The translations under genes and the position numbers were made by a program. From an uncultured Bacilli bacterium (lineage in GTDB: Bacteria > Bacillota_I > Bacilli_A > RF39 > UBA660): a stretch of DNA of 64,000 bases. Within the stretch, counting starts at the first letter, position 1, and each line of letters starts with the position of its first letter. Positions 1-11,304 of the stretch are shown piece by piece. Below the pieces are notes generated by a model. The model did no database searches. It had not been told where the DNA came from and saw only the letters and a program-made list of their open reading frames with translations. Location: positions 5,153 to 69,152 of the forward strand of contig CALVXC010000002.1 of NCBI GenBank assembly GCA_944368805.1, read 5' to 3'.

Positions 1-194
1 TATTTTCAATTTTTCAAGAAATATCAGCAAGTAGATAAATTAGAAAGAGGTTTATTACTCGAACTAATTGATACGATTTACATTTATGAGGGTAATCAAA
101 TAGAAATTAAATTTAAGTTTGCAGATCAACAAAAACATATTTTAGCTTTGATTAAAGAATATCAGAAAACTAAAACGAAAAAATTTGACCTTTA
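1..194 (+). CDS. C-terminal end of a large serine recombinase; 5' part lies upstream of the window. Paralog of the recombinase at 3254-4972.
   Basis: The in-frame tail ...[23 protein letters not shown]...TKKFDL* aligns with the C-terminus of the 572-aa recombinase (LLLELIEKIYIYPNKEVEIKFKF). It ends at TAG 192-194. Confidence 0.6.
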
Positions 195-200
195 GAATAT

Positions 201-482
201 GTGTCTACTGGAGCAACGGGTGCAACAGGAGCGACAGGAGCAACAGGGCCAGCTACTATAACAGTAGGTACAACAACAACAAGTGAACCGGGCACATCGG
301 CATCAGTTGTTAATTCAGGAACCAATCAAAATGCTGTTCTTAATTTTATTATTCCTCGTGGTGCGACGGGAGCAACAGGGCCAACCGGACCAACAGGACC
401 AACTGGTGCTACTGGAGCTAGTGGAGCAACAGGGCCAACCGGACCAACGTTTTCAGTAACACAAACCAATAACTATAGCTAA
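201..482 (+). CDS. Collagen-like G-X-T repeat protein fragment (BclA-like). GTG start, no RBS; likely a cassette or 3' gene fragment.
   Basis: The translation is [16 protein letters not shown] triplets around a non-collagenous core ...[25 protein letters not shown]. It is homologous to ORF 4991-5374. A hairpin plus T-run terminator follows. Confidence 0.5.
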   Translation: MSTGATGATGATGATGPATITVGTTTTSEPGTSASVVNSGTNQNAVLNFIIPRGATGATGPTGPTGPTGATGASGATGPTGPTFSVTQTNNYS

Positions 483-498
483 AATCACAACCAAAAAA

Positions 499-536
499 AG
501 AATTATTGAAGGTGCAACTCAATAATTCTTTTTTAA
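499..536 (+). terminator. Rho-independent terminator
   Basis: aagaattattga-N-tcaataattctttttt. Confidence 0.6.
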
Positions 537-938
537 TAATAAATGAAACATTTTTAAATATTAGAATACAAAAAATGCCTAATTTATCTTTTAATCGTTA
601 TAAACAAAAAATAAAGGAATTGTAATAAAATTATTTCATTACGAACCCTTTGTTTATCAAATTATTTCATATTATGATTTAATTTCAATTTTCTATTTTT
701 TGTTCTTTCATAACTAGATATATAATCTATTTCTTTTTTATGAAAAAATACTTAATATTTCAAGCAGATTTTTAACTTTTTTAATTATTAGGCTTGTTTT
801 GTCCAATATTAAAAAGAAAATCCATAATTTTATAAGCTTTCATACTTATATTTTTTCTTTAATCATATATTAAAATTGATATTTCTATTTAAATGCGCTA
901 TAATATTTTAAACTCCAAAAACAAGGTTGTGGTAGAAG

Positions 939-1541
939 ATGAATGATCATTTAAAAAAAATTATAATTTTAATAATAATTATAACCATTTACATCGGGAT
1001 ACCATTATCAATACTAATTAATTTAATAAGTTTTGAATATAAGTTTCATGCTTTAACCATTGGTGGGGTAATTGTATATTTGTTATCCATATTATTAGGT
1101 TTTAAAAATAAGGATTTAGGAATAACTAATCTCAAGTTATTCTTATCAATTAAAAAAGTTCTACCTATAACATTTGTTCTATCAATACTAGGAATTATAA
1201 TATATCTTTTAGGGTTTTCTAGAATAACCCCAAATGAAAGTGTATTATTTTTTGTATTCTATGTTTTTGTTTCATGTCCAATTCAAGAGTTTCTTTATAG
1301 AGGCGTTCTTTCATGTTATTGTGAATTTTTTAAACTGAAAATAGTTAGTTCGGCTATTATCACATCGTTACTTTATAGTTTTATACATATAGTTTATAAT
1401 GACATTCTGACTCTTGTTTTAACCTTTATGATTGGCTTAATTTGGTTTTTTAATTATAATAAATCCAAAAATTTACTTGGGGTTAGTATAAGCCACATTA
1501 TATTAGGCGTTATAACTATATTAACAGGAATGATTAATTGA
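939..1541 (+). CDS. CPBP-family intramembrane metalloprotease (CAAX protease / bacteriocin-immunity Abi type)
   Basis: Polytopic membrane protein with the CPBP motifs EFLYRG and FxxxH (YSFIHIV). Ends at a TGA stop. Confidence 0.6.
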   Translation: MNDHLKKIIILIIIITIYIGIPLSILINLISFEYKFHALTIGGVIVYLLSILLGFKNKDLGITNLKLFLSIKKVLPITFVLSILGIIIYLLGFSRITPNESVLFFVFYVFVSCPIQEFLYRGVLSCYCEFFKLKIVSSAIITSLLYSFIHIVYNDILTLVLTFMIGLIWFFNYNKSKNLLGVSISHIILGVITILTGMIN

Positions 1542-1680
1542 AAATCATATAGGTGGTGATAGTATTACTACCAAGAAGAAAAAAAAGAACTCAAAAAAGA
1601 ATAAAAATAGAACTGTAGCAAGCCATAATAAAAAAGAAGTAACAGAAAATTTTAAATCAATTTTTTTATTACTTGTTTCC

Positions 1681-2217
1681 TTGTTGCATGGTACTCTATT
1701 TTTTATTTTATGTGAGTGTTTGGTATCTCTAATAAACAACTTTAGTGTTTTAGAACTATCTATCTTCGTTTTACAATTAGCAATGTTTTTTAGAATAATA
1801 CAAACCCATTTATTAGCAGCAATTAAATATCCAAGAATGTGGAAAATTAAACCTTTTGATTATATTCTAGTCTTTTTAACAGCTTTTTTTGAATATATTT
1901 TATTATCCTATAAAAACTTTGATTTTGATAATGAAATATTTATTTCGATTTTATTAATTCTTTTTTCTGTATATGGTATTATTGGATACGCTTTAACCTA
2001 TTTAAGTATTAAAAAAGGTTTAACCAATAATAAAGAATTGCGAAAAGAAAGAAAAATTCATATTATTAACATAACAGTACTTATTATTATATTGACTTTT
2101 TATTTGATAAACTTTCATAAAGAAATAAATGCTTTCGTGCATATTAACTACATAACATCAATTTTATTAATAGTTAATATATTCTTATCTATGAAATTAA
2201 GTAGTCATAAATTTTAA
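1681..2217 (+). CDS. Hypothetical polytopic membrane protein
   Basis: 178-aa hydrophobic ORF downstream of the CPBP gene; no recognised motif. Confidence 0.4.
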   Translation: MLHGTLFFILCECLVSLINNFSVLELSIFVLQLAMFFRIIQTHLLAAIKYPRMWKIKPFDYILVFLTAFFEYILLSYKNFDFDNEIFISILLILFSVYGIIGYALTYLSIKKGLTNNKELRKERKIHIINITVLIIILTFYLINFHKEINAFVHINYITSILLIVNIFLSMKLSSHKF

Positions 2218-2483
2218 ATATTATACAAATCATAATAATGAATTTGTTTAACAATAATTATAAATAAAAATATAATCTTGATTGATAAAATATTATAAAT
2301 GCTATAACCCCACTCAAAAAAAGTCAACATCTTTCACGGTATATTCTCGGATGAATATCCTGCGATATTCCATGTTCTGTTGACTTTTTTTATTTTGTCT
2401 TGTTTTCCACCGTTAACACCGCCAAGCACTTTGATTTCTTTTGCACACATTACCCGCCATCTTTCAAGTTCCCATAATACCAA

Positions 2484-2532
2484 CCGATCTCTTTCAACTA
2501 ACCTCACAACCTCGCTCACACCCCCTTAGTCC
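2484..2532. repeat. Left arm of ~45-bp imperfect inverted repeat (core GTGAGCG[A/G]GGTTGTGAG)
   Basis: Reverse complement GGACTAAGGGGGTGTGAGCGAGGTTGTGAGGTTAGTTGAAAGAG matches 2662-2717. Confidence 0.7.
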
Positions 2533-2585
2533 TATATATGTCATAACTCAATAAATATACGTAAGTAGAAACTATGTAGAAAGAG

Positions 2586-2617
2586 TTAGGTCTCGGGTAA
2601 TATTAGCCGAGACCTAA
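2586..2617. repeat. Perfect 11-bp-stem hairpin inside the IR-flanked segment
   Basis: ttaggtctcgg gtaatattag ccgagacctaa. Confidence 0.8.
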
Positions 2618-2661
2618 CTATTTTGAAGTAGTGTTTTATTGGCGTTATGAGAATATATGAA

Positions 2662-2717
2662 GGACATAAAGGGGGTCAGTATTAAAGTGAGCGGGGTTGT
2701 GAGCAGTTGAAAATACC
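2662..2717. repeat. Right arm of inverted repeat
   Basis: GGACATAAAGGGGGT[10-nt insert]GTGAGCGGGGTTGTGAGCAGTTGAAAATACC. The core is 16/17 identical to the left arm in inverted orientation. Confidence 0.7.
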
Positions 2718-2889
2718 TAAAAACCTTTATTTCCCAAAGATTAAGACAAGTTGTTTTCCGTTTACTATTTTAAGACAAAAAGGAAAAAGCGTTCAGGCGA
2801 CTTTTGAAATTGCCCAAACACTTTTCCTTATTTGCCTTTTGGGGCAGTAACCGAAAACAAAGGTAAATGATTATCAGCTGTTTTATTGT

Positions 2890-3228
2890 TTGATTTTTTT
2901 GTCATACGTCCTTTTTTGTTTCATAGGTTTAACTATGAAAGGGGGCGTTTTTTTGTGGACAAAAAATGAATTGAAAATGTTAAGCGAAATAGATATTAGA
3001 AATATAAATCCTGATGAATTACTAGAAATATCGGAACTAAATATTTCTTCAACATTACCAATAGAACAAAAAATGGAATTGTTATCACATTTTCTTAAAA
3101 ATCCATATTGTTATAAAGTTGATGGCGTACCTGTAAAAATTAGCTTTACAAATCATAATCAAAAATTATCTGATTGTTTGTCTAATTACTTTATAAATAA
3201 AATTAATTCGGAATATGACAAACTATGA
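2890..3228 (+). CDS. Hypothetical protein (112 aa) directly upstream of the recombinase
   Basis: ORF only; no motif recognised. Could be an accessory or directionality factor. Confidence 0.3.
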   Translation: MIFLSYVLFCFIGLTMKGGVFLWTKNELKMLSEIDIRNINPDELLEISELNISSTLPIEQKMELLSHFLKNPYCYKVDGVPVKISFTNHNQKLSDCLSNYFINKINSEYDKL

Positions 3229-3253
3229 TATAATATTTTTGTGGTTGTGATTA

Positions 3254-4972
3254 ATGGAAAGGAGAATAATTATTAATCATGACAAATTACCTATAAATCT
3301 ATCTAAATTTGTTCATTATTTTAAAAAATTGTATGACGGTAAAATGACATGGCGTATTGGTATTTATGTAAGGTTATCAAAAGAAGATGGAAATTCAGTA
3401 AGTGCCAGTATTGAAAATCAAATAAAAAGAATTGCCAGATATCTAAGGGATTTTGAAGATTTTGTTATTTATGATATTTACATTGATGATGGTTTAACGG
3501 GGACAGATTTTAATAGAGAAGATTATATACGTTTACAAAATGATGTAAAATCAAAACGTATTAATTGTGTTGTTTTTAAAGATTTAACAAGATATGCCAG
3601 AAATTTAGCTGATGGAATTAAGGAACTTGATACTTTTGTTTTAGAACATAAAATCCGATTTATATCACTTCGTCCAGAAGTAGATACATTCAAAAATCCT
3701 AGAGCCATTTCTAGTGCAGAAGTATATGAAGAATTACAGCAAGCCGAAGCCCATGCTAGAACGACTTCTTTAAAGGTAAGAGAAATCAAGGAATTACAAA
3801 GAGAAGATGGTGAACCAACTGGCGGATTTCCACCATATGGTTTTATTAGAAGTTCTAATTCTAAAGAATGGATAATAGATGAATACGCCAGTGAAATTAT
3901 TAAGAAAATCTTTAAGTGGTATGCTGATGGTTTATCAATTAATAATATTGCTAAAAAATTAAATTCGTTAGGAATTTTAAATCCAACAGCATATAAACAA
4001 TCAATAGGTTTAAAATATAAAAATCCTCATGCTATAAATAATAGTGGTTTATGGTGGCCGACAACAGTATCAAGAATTTTAGAAGATAAAAATTATATTG
4101 GTTATTCAGTACAAGGCAAAAGTAGTTCTTTTGACCATAAAAGACATAAACAAGAACCCAAACCAAAAGAAGAATATATAGAAGTTGTGAACGCTCATGA
4201 AAAGGCTGTTGATGAAGAATTGTTCAATTTAGCTATCAATAATAAAAAGCAACATGCAAGAGCTACTAAATCGGGCGAAAAGCATATTTTTTCAAATCTT
4301 GTTTGTTGTGCGAATTGTAAAAGGTCAATGGCTAGAACAAATTCAGGTAAAAATGTTTATTTAGTGTGTAGAACATATAGAACTTTTGGAAAAGAGTATT
4401 GTAATGAAAGAACATCAATAAACTATGAACAGTTGGAAAAAATAGTTTTAAAATCAATTCAAGCACAAATAAATTTGATTGACGATTTACAAGAAGTGAT
4501 TGAGAAAATTAATCAAAATAAAAAAGTCAATAATAAATCTTCAAGGATTGATAAACTTATTAAAAACAACGAACAACAAATAGCAAAAGAAATAAATATT
4601 TTAGATGAAAGTTATTATGATTGGAAAAATGGTGATATATCAAAAGAACAATATCATAGAGTAAAAGAAGAAAAGGAAAAGAAAATCGAACAGTTAAGAG
4701 AAACATTATATTATTTAGCTGAACAAGAAAGGGAACTGAAAAAAGGAATAGAAGCAAATAACATTTTTTTTACTCGCTTTTTAAAATATAAAAACATAGA
4801 AAGTTTAGATAGAAAATTATTATTAGAACTTATAGAAAAAATATATATTTATCCTAATAAAGAAGTTGAAATAAAGTTTAAATTTCAAGATGAATATTTA
4901 CTAATATTGGATTATATAGAAGAAAATACAAAGAATACAAAGCAAAAAATAAAGACAAAAATAAAGCATTAA
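3254..4972 (+). CDS. Large serine recombinase: resolvase catalytic domain, recombinase domain, Zn-ribbon, coiled-coil. The true start is possibly the ATG at 3341.
   Basis: N-terminal MTWRIGIYVRLSKEDG catalytic-Ser motif. C-terminal CCANCKRSMAR...YLVCRTY Cys cluster followed by a coiled-coil, as in phiC31/TP901/SpoIVCA-type integrases. Confidence 0.85.
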   Translation: MERRIIINHDKLPINLSKFVHYFKKLYDGKMTWRIGIYVRLSKEDGNSVSASIENQIKRIARYLRDFEDFVIYDIYIDDGLTGTDFNREDYIRLQNDVKSKRINCVVFKDLTRYARNLADGIKELDTFVLEHKIRFISLRPEVDTFKNPRAISSAEVYEELQQAEAHARTTSLKVREIKELQREDGEPTGGFPPYGFIRSSNSKEWIIDEYASEIIKKIFKWYADGLSINNIAKKLNSLGILNPTAYKQSIGLKYKNPHAINNSGLWWPTTVSRILEDKNYIGYSVQGKSSSFDHKRHKQEPKPKEEYIEVVNAHEKAVDEELFNLAINNKKQHARATKSGEKHIFSNLVCCANCKRSMARTNSGKNVYLVCRTYRTFGKEYCNERTSINYEQLEKIVLKSIQAQINLIDDLQEVIEKINQNKKVNNKSSRIDKLIKNNEQQIAKEINILDESYYDWKNGDISKEQYHRVKEEKEKKIEQLRETLYYLAEQERELKKGIEANNIFFTRFLKYKNIESLDRKLLLELIEKIYIYPNKEVEIKFKFQDEYLLILDYIEENTKNTKQKIKTKIKH

Positions 4973-4990
4973 TTTTTTTTAATAGCTTAA

Positions 4991-6457
<1,467 letters not shown>

Positions 6458-6466
<9 letters not shown>

Positions 6467-6481
6467 AACTCTTCTTTTTTG
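6458..6481 (+). terminator. Rho-independent terminator
   Basis: gaagagtaaaactcttctttttt. Confidence 0.6.
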
Positions 6482-6632
6482 GTAATAAAATTTAGACATC
6501 ATTAAAATTGGAAATAATACTAAAAAAAACGCTTTATTTAATACGTTTTCTTTACTTAAAATGGTAATTAATTCTGATTTTAGTTTACAATATATAATAA
6601 GAAATGATATAATTAATAAGAAGGTGAAACTT

Positions 6633-7787
6633 ATGATTAATAAGAAAAATAATGATAAAATTAATTACAAAAATGTTAACGAAGTTGTTTCGTTATCAAA
6701 ACGTATTTTAAAAATAGCCTATTTTTTAGTTATACTTTTAGGAGTTTATGGAATTATTGTATTGCTTAAAGAATTAAAAATAGTTGGTTTTCTTCTAACT
6801 ATTTTAAAAGTAGTTTCTCCACTTTTTATTGGTTTATTTATAGCCTGGTTATTTGATCCAGCTGTCAAATGGTTAAACCATAAAGGAATTAGAAGAGGTT
6901 TAGGAGCTACTTTAGTTTATATGATTTTTCTAGCCATTATTTTTATAATTTGTTGGTCGATTATTCCTGTTTTATCTGATCAGATTAATGATTTTGTAAA
7001 AATAATTCCAAGTGTTTTTAATACAATTAAAGATTGGGCTACTGACTTATTTTTAAAACTAGATCAAATTCAAAATTTTGATGCTATGGCTATTAGAGAA
7101 AACTTCTTTTCTAGAATTGAAGAAATTGGTTTAAGTTTAACAACATCATTACCTGATTTGATTGTTAATTTTGTAACCTCACTTTTCTCAGTGATTGGTA
7201 TTATCGTAATTGGCTTAATTATCGGCTTCTATCTATTAGTAAGCTTTGATAATGCAGCAGATTCAATCATAACCGTTTTACCTAAAAGAATGCATAAAGA
7301 CGCCAGAAATTTAGCTAATGAAGTAAACACCTCTTTACGTAGATTTGTAATTGGAGCTTTATTAGATGCTTTCTTAGTCTTTATCGTAACATCTATTGGC
7401 TTTGGCTTAGTCGGACTTAAAGCACCATTATTATTTGGCTTGTTTTGTGGTTTAACTAACGTAATACCATATGCTGGACCTTATATTGGAGGAGCCCCAG
7501 CCGTAATTGTTGGTTTTTCGCAAGGAGTTTTAATTGGAATCTTAACTTTAGTTGTAATTGTTGTTGTACAATTTTTAGAAGGTAATTTCTTACAACCACT
7601 TATTATGAGTAAAACAGTTAAACTACATCCAGTTACCATTATATTAGGTTTATTAATTTTTGGTTATTTATGGGGAATACTTGGTATGTTAATTTCAACA
7701 CCAGTTATTGCATGCGCTAAAGCAATTATTAGTTTCTTTGATGAAAAATATAACTTTTTGAATTTTAATGATCGTGAGGTGACATAA
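6633..7787 (+). CDS. AI-2E family transporter (PerM/UPF0118)
   Basis: Polytopic membrane protein with the conserved ...NVIPYAGPYIGGAP... region. RBS AAGGTG lies before the ATG at 6633. Confidence 0.75.
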   Translation: MINKKNNDKINYKNVNEVVSLSKRILKIAYFLVILLGVYGIIVLLKELKIVGFLLTILKVVSPLFIGLFIAWLFDPAVKWLNHKGIRRGLGATLVYMIFLAIIFIICWSIIPVLSDQINDFVKIIPSVFNTIKDWATDLFLKLDQIQNFDAMAIRENFFSRIEEIGLSLTTSLPDLIVNFVTSLFSVIGIIVIGLIIGFYLLVSFDNAADSIITVLPKRMHKDARNLANEVNTSLRRFVIGALLDAFLVFIVTSIGFGLVGLKAPLLFGLFCGLTNVIPYAGPYIGGAPAVIVGFSQGVLIGILTLVVIVVVQFLEGNFLQPLIMSKTVKLHPVTIILGLLIFGYLWGILGMLISTPVIACAKAIISFFDEKYNFLNFNDREVT

Positions 7788-8351
7788 ATGGATGTCGAAG
7801 AAAAAAAGCCAAAAATATTTTTGATTGCTGGAAAAGCTAGACATGGCAAAGATACAGTAGCAGAAATGATTTTAGACGAATATAATAACCGCAATAAAAA
7901 AGGAGTTAATTTAGCTTTAGGTTCTTACATAAAAATGTACGCGCAAAAAATTAGTAATTGGGACGGTAATGATGAGACTAAACCTAGAGAATTATTACAA
8001 TATTTAGGAACAGATGTTATTAGAAAAAAAATTGACGATTTATTTTTTGTTAATCGCATTTGTGAAGACATCAAAGTTTATTCATATTTTTTTGATATAA
8101 TAACTGTTAGTGATGTTCGCTTTGTTTGTGAAATAGAAATTCCTGAAGCAATGTTTGAAAATGTAATAAAAATAAAAGTAGAACGCCCTAATGTTGAAAC
8201 TAATTTAACCGAAAAAGAAAAAAAACATCAATCAGAAATTGATTTAGATAATTATACTGATTATGATTATGTTATTAAAAATGATGGTAGTTTAGATGAA
8301 TTAAAAAATAAAGTTCATCATATAATCGAGGTGATAGAAAATGAACATTAA
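7788..8351 (+). CDS. P-loop protein, dNMP-kinase-like
   Basis: IFLIAGKARHGKDT Walker A resembling the T4 dNMP kinase family. Overlaps the alaS start. Confidence 0.45.
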   Translation: MDVEEKKPKIFLIAGKARHGKDTVAEMILDEYNNRNKKGVNLALGSYIKMYAQKISNWDGNDETKPRELLQYLGTDVIRKKIDDLFFVNRICEDIKVYSYFFDIITVSDVRFVCEIEIPEAMFENVIKIKVERPNVETNLTEKEKKHQSEIDLDNYTDYDYVIKNDGSLDELKNKVHHIIEVIENEH

Positions 8352-10092
8352 AGATTTATATATTGATTTTTTCTTAAGTAAAGGTCATAAAAAACTTAAT
8401 AGTGCACCAATCATACCAGAAAATGACCCAACTTGTCTTTTTAATAGTGCTGGTATGCAACCATTAGTTCCCTATTTAATGGGACAAAAACATCCTTTAG
8501 GAAAAAGATTAACTAATTTTCAAAAATGTTTTCGATTAACTGATTTAGACCAAATAGGTGATAAAACCCACCATACTTTTTTTGAAATGTTAGGTAATTG
8601 GTCATTAGGGGATTATTTTAAAGATGAATCTATTCGTTGGTCTTTTGAATTTCTAACTGAACATTTACATATTCCTGTGGAAAAGTTAGCGGTATCTGTA
8701 TTTAAAGGTAATGATTTAGTTCCAGCTGATAATGAATCAGCTGATATTTGGAAAAGTTTAGGAATACCTAATGAGCGTATTGCCTATTTAGGTGAAGAAG
8801 ATAATTGGTGGAGTCCTGGACCAACCGGACCATGTGGACCAGATAGTGAAATTTTTTATTGGTCAAGCAAAGAGCCAGCACCAACTAAATTTGATCCAAA
8901 AGATGAACGTTGGGTAGAAATTTGGAACAATGTTTTTATGCAATACAATCATAAAGAAGATGGTAGTTTTGAACCACTCGCACATAAGAACGTTGATACC
9001 GGTATGGGAGTTGAGAGAGTAACAGCAGTTTTAGAAGGAATGGATGATAACTATCAAACTTCAATTTGGAAAGATATTATTGAAAAAATAGAAGAAGTTT
9101 CGAATTTGTCATATCAAGATTACCCTAAAGAAATGCGTATTATTGCTGATCATATAAGATCAATTGTAATAATTAGTGGTGATGATGCTAAAATAGTGCC
9201 TTCTAACACTGATCAAGGTTACATTTTAAGACGTTTAATTAGAAGAATGATTAGATATGCTAAAAAAATAAATATTGATATCAATAGTGATTTTGATATA
9301 GAGTTAGCTAATATGATTATTGATAAATATAAAAAATATTATCCAGAACTTGAAAAAAATAAAGAACAAATATTTAATGTTTTAACGACTGAAAAGAAAA
9401 AATTTGCCCGTACTTTAGAAAAAGGTTTACGTGAATTTGATAAGAGTATTAAACATTTAGAAAACGATAAAATAGATGCTTCTTTAGCTTTTAAACTTTA
9501 TGATACATATGGCTTTCCAATTGAATTAACTGAAGAATTAGCTAGTGAACATCATTTAAAAGTTGATACAGAAGGTTTTAAACAAAAATTTAAAGAACAT
9601 CAAGAAAAATCTCGTGCTGGTTCTAAAGGTAAATTTAAAGGAGGACTATCTAGTACTAGTGAAATGGATATTAAATATCATACAGCTACCCATTTATTAA
9701 ATGCTGCTTTAAAAATAGTTTTAGGTAGTCATGTTCATCAAATGGGAAGTAATATTACTCCTGAACGTTTACGATTTGATTTTTCACATGATTCAAAAAT
9801 GACTGATGAAGAAAAAAGAAAAACCGAACAATTAGTTAATAAATGGATTAATGAAGGCTTAAAAGTTGAAAAACTAGAAATGACCAAAGAAGAAGCTTTA
9901 AAAACTGGTGCTGAAGCTATGTTTGCATCTAAATATGCAGATATTGTAACAGTTTATAAAATAGGTGATGTTTCAACAGAAATTTGTGGTGGACCACATG
10001 TTAAGAATACTAAAGAATTAGGTAAATTTATTATTAAAAAAGAAGAAGCTAGTTCTTCAGGAGTTAGACGAATAAAAGCAATTTTAGAATAG
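8341..10092 (+). CDS. alaS: Alanine--tRNA ligase, compact form (583 aa, no C-Ala domain)
   Basis: Class II AlaRS motifs NSAGMQP, KCFRLTD and HHTFFEMLGNWSLGDYFK. Editing-domain motifs HTATHLL and CGGPHV. Confidence 0.85.
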   Translation: MNIKDLYIDFFLSKGHKKLNSAPIIPENDPTCLFNSAGMQPLVPYLMGQKHPLGKRLTNFQKCFRLTDLDQIGDKTHHTFFEMLGNWSLGDYFKDESIRWSFEFLTEHLHIPVEKLAVSVFKGNDLVPADNESADIWKSLGIPNERIAYLGEEDNWWSPGPTGPCGPDSEIFYWSSKEPAPTKFDPKDERWVEIWNNVFMQYNHKEDGSFEPLAHKNVDTGMGVERVTAVLEGMDDNYQTSIWKDIIEKIEEVSNLSYQDYPKEMRIIADHIRSIVIISGDDAKIVPSNTDQGYILRRLIRRMIRYAKKINIDINSDFDIELANMIIDKYKKYYPELEKNKEQIFNVLTTEKKKFARTLEKGLREFDKSIKHLENDKIDASLAFKLYDTYGFPIELTEELASEHHLKVDTEGFKQKFKEHQEKSRAGSKGKFKGGLSSTSEMDIKYHTATHLLNAALKIVLGSHVHQMGSNITPERLRFDFSHDSKMTDEEKRKTEQLVNKWINEGLKVEKLEMTKEEALKTGAEAMFASKYADIVTVYKIGDVSTEICGGPHVKNTKELGKFIIKKEEASSSGVRRIKAILE

Positions 10093-10129
10093 TTGATATA
10101 AGCTACTATTTTTGATATGGAGGTATTGA

Positions 10130-11263
10130 ATGAATATCAAACAAAATATGCTTAAAAATGAAAAATTTTTAAGTAAATATGCTTGTAAAGACGAAGATGC
10201 TATTAGATTAAAGCCCTTAGTGGGTGAAGATATTAGATCAAATTATTTTCGGGATATAGATCGAATTATTTACTCGTTATCATATTCTAGATATATCGAT
10301 AAAACTCAAGTATTTAGTAATATCGAAAACGATCATATTAGTAAAAGAATTATCCATGTTCAAATGGTTAGTAAAATTGCTAGAACAATTGGACGAGCTT
10401 TAAATTTAAATGAAGATTTAATTGAAGCTATCGCGCTAGGACATGATATTGGACATGTACCATTTGGTCACCCTGGTGAAAGTATTTTAAATAATTTAAG
10501 CTTAAAATATAACGAAGGATGTTTTAGGCATAATGCTCAAAGTGTAAGAACGATGATGGAAGTTGATCATCAAGGATTAGGAAATAATTTAACAATTCAA
10601 GTATTAGACGGTATTTTATGTCATAATGGAGAATTTGTTCAAAATGAATATTATCCTAAAAAAAAGACGGTTGAAGATTTTTTAAATGATTATCAAAATT
10701 GTTTTAACGATGTTAATTATACTAAAAAATTAATACCAATGACTTTAGAAGGTTGTGTTGTAAGAATTAGTGATGTTATTGGGTATTTAGGACGTGATAT
10801 CGAAGATGCGATAAGGTTAAATGTAATTAAAATAACCGATTTACCTTTAAAAATAGTTAAAGTTTTAGGAAAAACTAATAAAGAAGTAATTAATACGATC
10901 ATTTTAGATATTATTAAAAATAGTTATGATAAACCTTATTTAAAATTATCTGATGAAGTATTTGAAGCTGTTGTAGAGTTAAAAAAATTCAATTATGAAA
11001 ATATTTATTTTAAAGCTAATACTAAAGAAGACTTAAAAGAATATGAAAAAATGTTTGAAACTTTATTTGAGTATTATTTAGATGACTTAAAAGGTAGTAA
11101 ACAAAGTAGTATTTATGATTCGTTTTTAAAAGAAATGGATTCTTCATATTTAAAAAACAATACTGATAAACGTAAAGTAATTGACTATATAGCGGGAATG
11201 ACGGATGATTATTTTGTCAATCAATATCGTTTAATAAGTAAAAAACATTGTCAAAAAGTGTAA
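10130..11263 (+). CDS. HD-domain phosphohydrolase (dGTPase-like)
   Basis: GHDIGHVPFGH HD motif. Confidence 0.7.
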   Translation: MNIKQNMLKNEKFLSKYACKDEDAIRLKPLVGEDIRSNYFRDIDRIIYSLSYSRYIDKTQVFSNIENDHISKRIIHVQMVSKIARTIGRALNLNEDLIEAIALGHDIGHVPFGHPGESILNNLSLKYNEGCFRHNAQSVRTMMEVDHQGLGNNLTIQVLDGILCHNGEFVQNEYYPKKKTVEDFLNDYQNCFNDVNYTKKLIPMTLEGCVVRISDVIGYLGRDIEDAIRLNVIKITDLPLKIVKVLGKTNKEVINTIILDIIKNSYDKPYLKLSDEVFEAVVELKKFNYENIYFKANTKEDLKEYEKMFETLFEYYLDDLKGSKQSSIYDSFLKEMDSSYLKNNTDKRKVIDYIAGMTDDYFVNQYRLISKKHCQKV

Positions 11264-11304
11264 TAAATGATAAAATAAAAGTGTATTCATAGGAAGGTGA
11301 AATC

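Larger units (their letters stand above)
483..4990 (+). mobile_element. Candidate small integrative element carrying the serine recombinase and CPBP/membrane-protein cargo, bounded by the two collagen-like cassettes
   Basis: A recombinase gene sits at the right end, next to a collagen-repeat junction. Cargo is unrelated to the flanking housekeeping genes. Boundaries are inferred, not demonstrated. Confidence 0.3.

Noticed and set aside
1545-1739. 64-aa - strand ORF between the CPBP and membrane-protein genes
   Set aside because: Low-complexity (F/L runs) translation of AT-rich spacer.
2334-2519. 61-aa ORF on the - strand inside the inverted-repeat element
   Set aside because: Its GTG start overlaps the SD-like GGGGGTG with zero spacing and it lies within repeat/hairpin DNA. 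More likely non-coding.
3523-4757. Antisense ORFs 3523-3789 and 4560-4757 inside the recombinase gene
   Set aside because: Embedded antisense in a well-supported CDS; low-complexity translations.
8200-8345. T-box leader upstream of alaS
   Set aside because: alaS overlaps the upstream ORF, so there is no space for a leader RNA.
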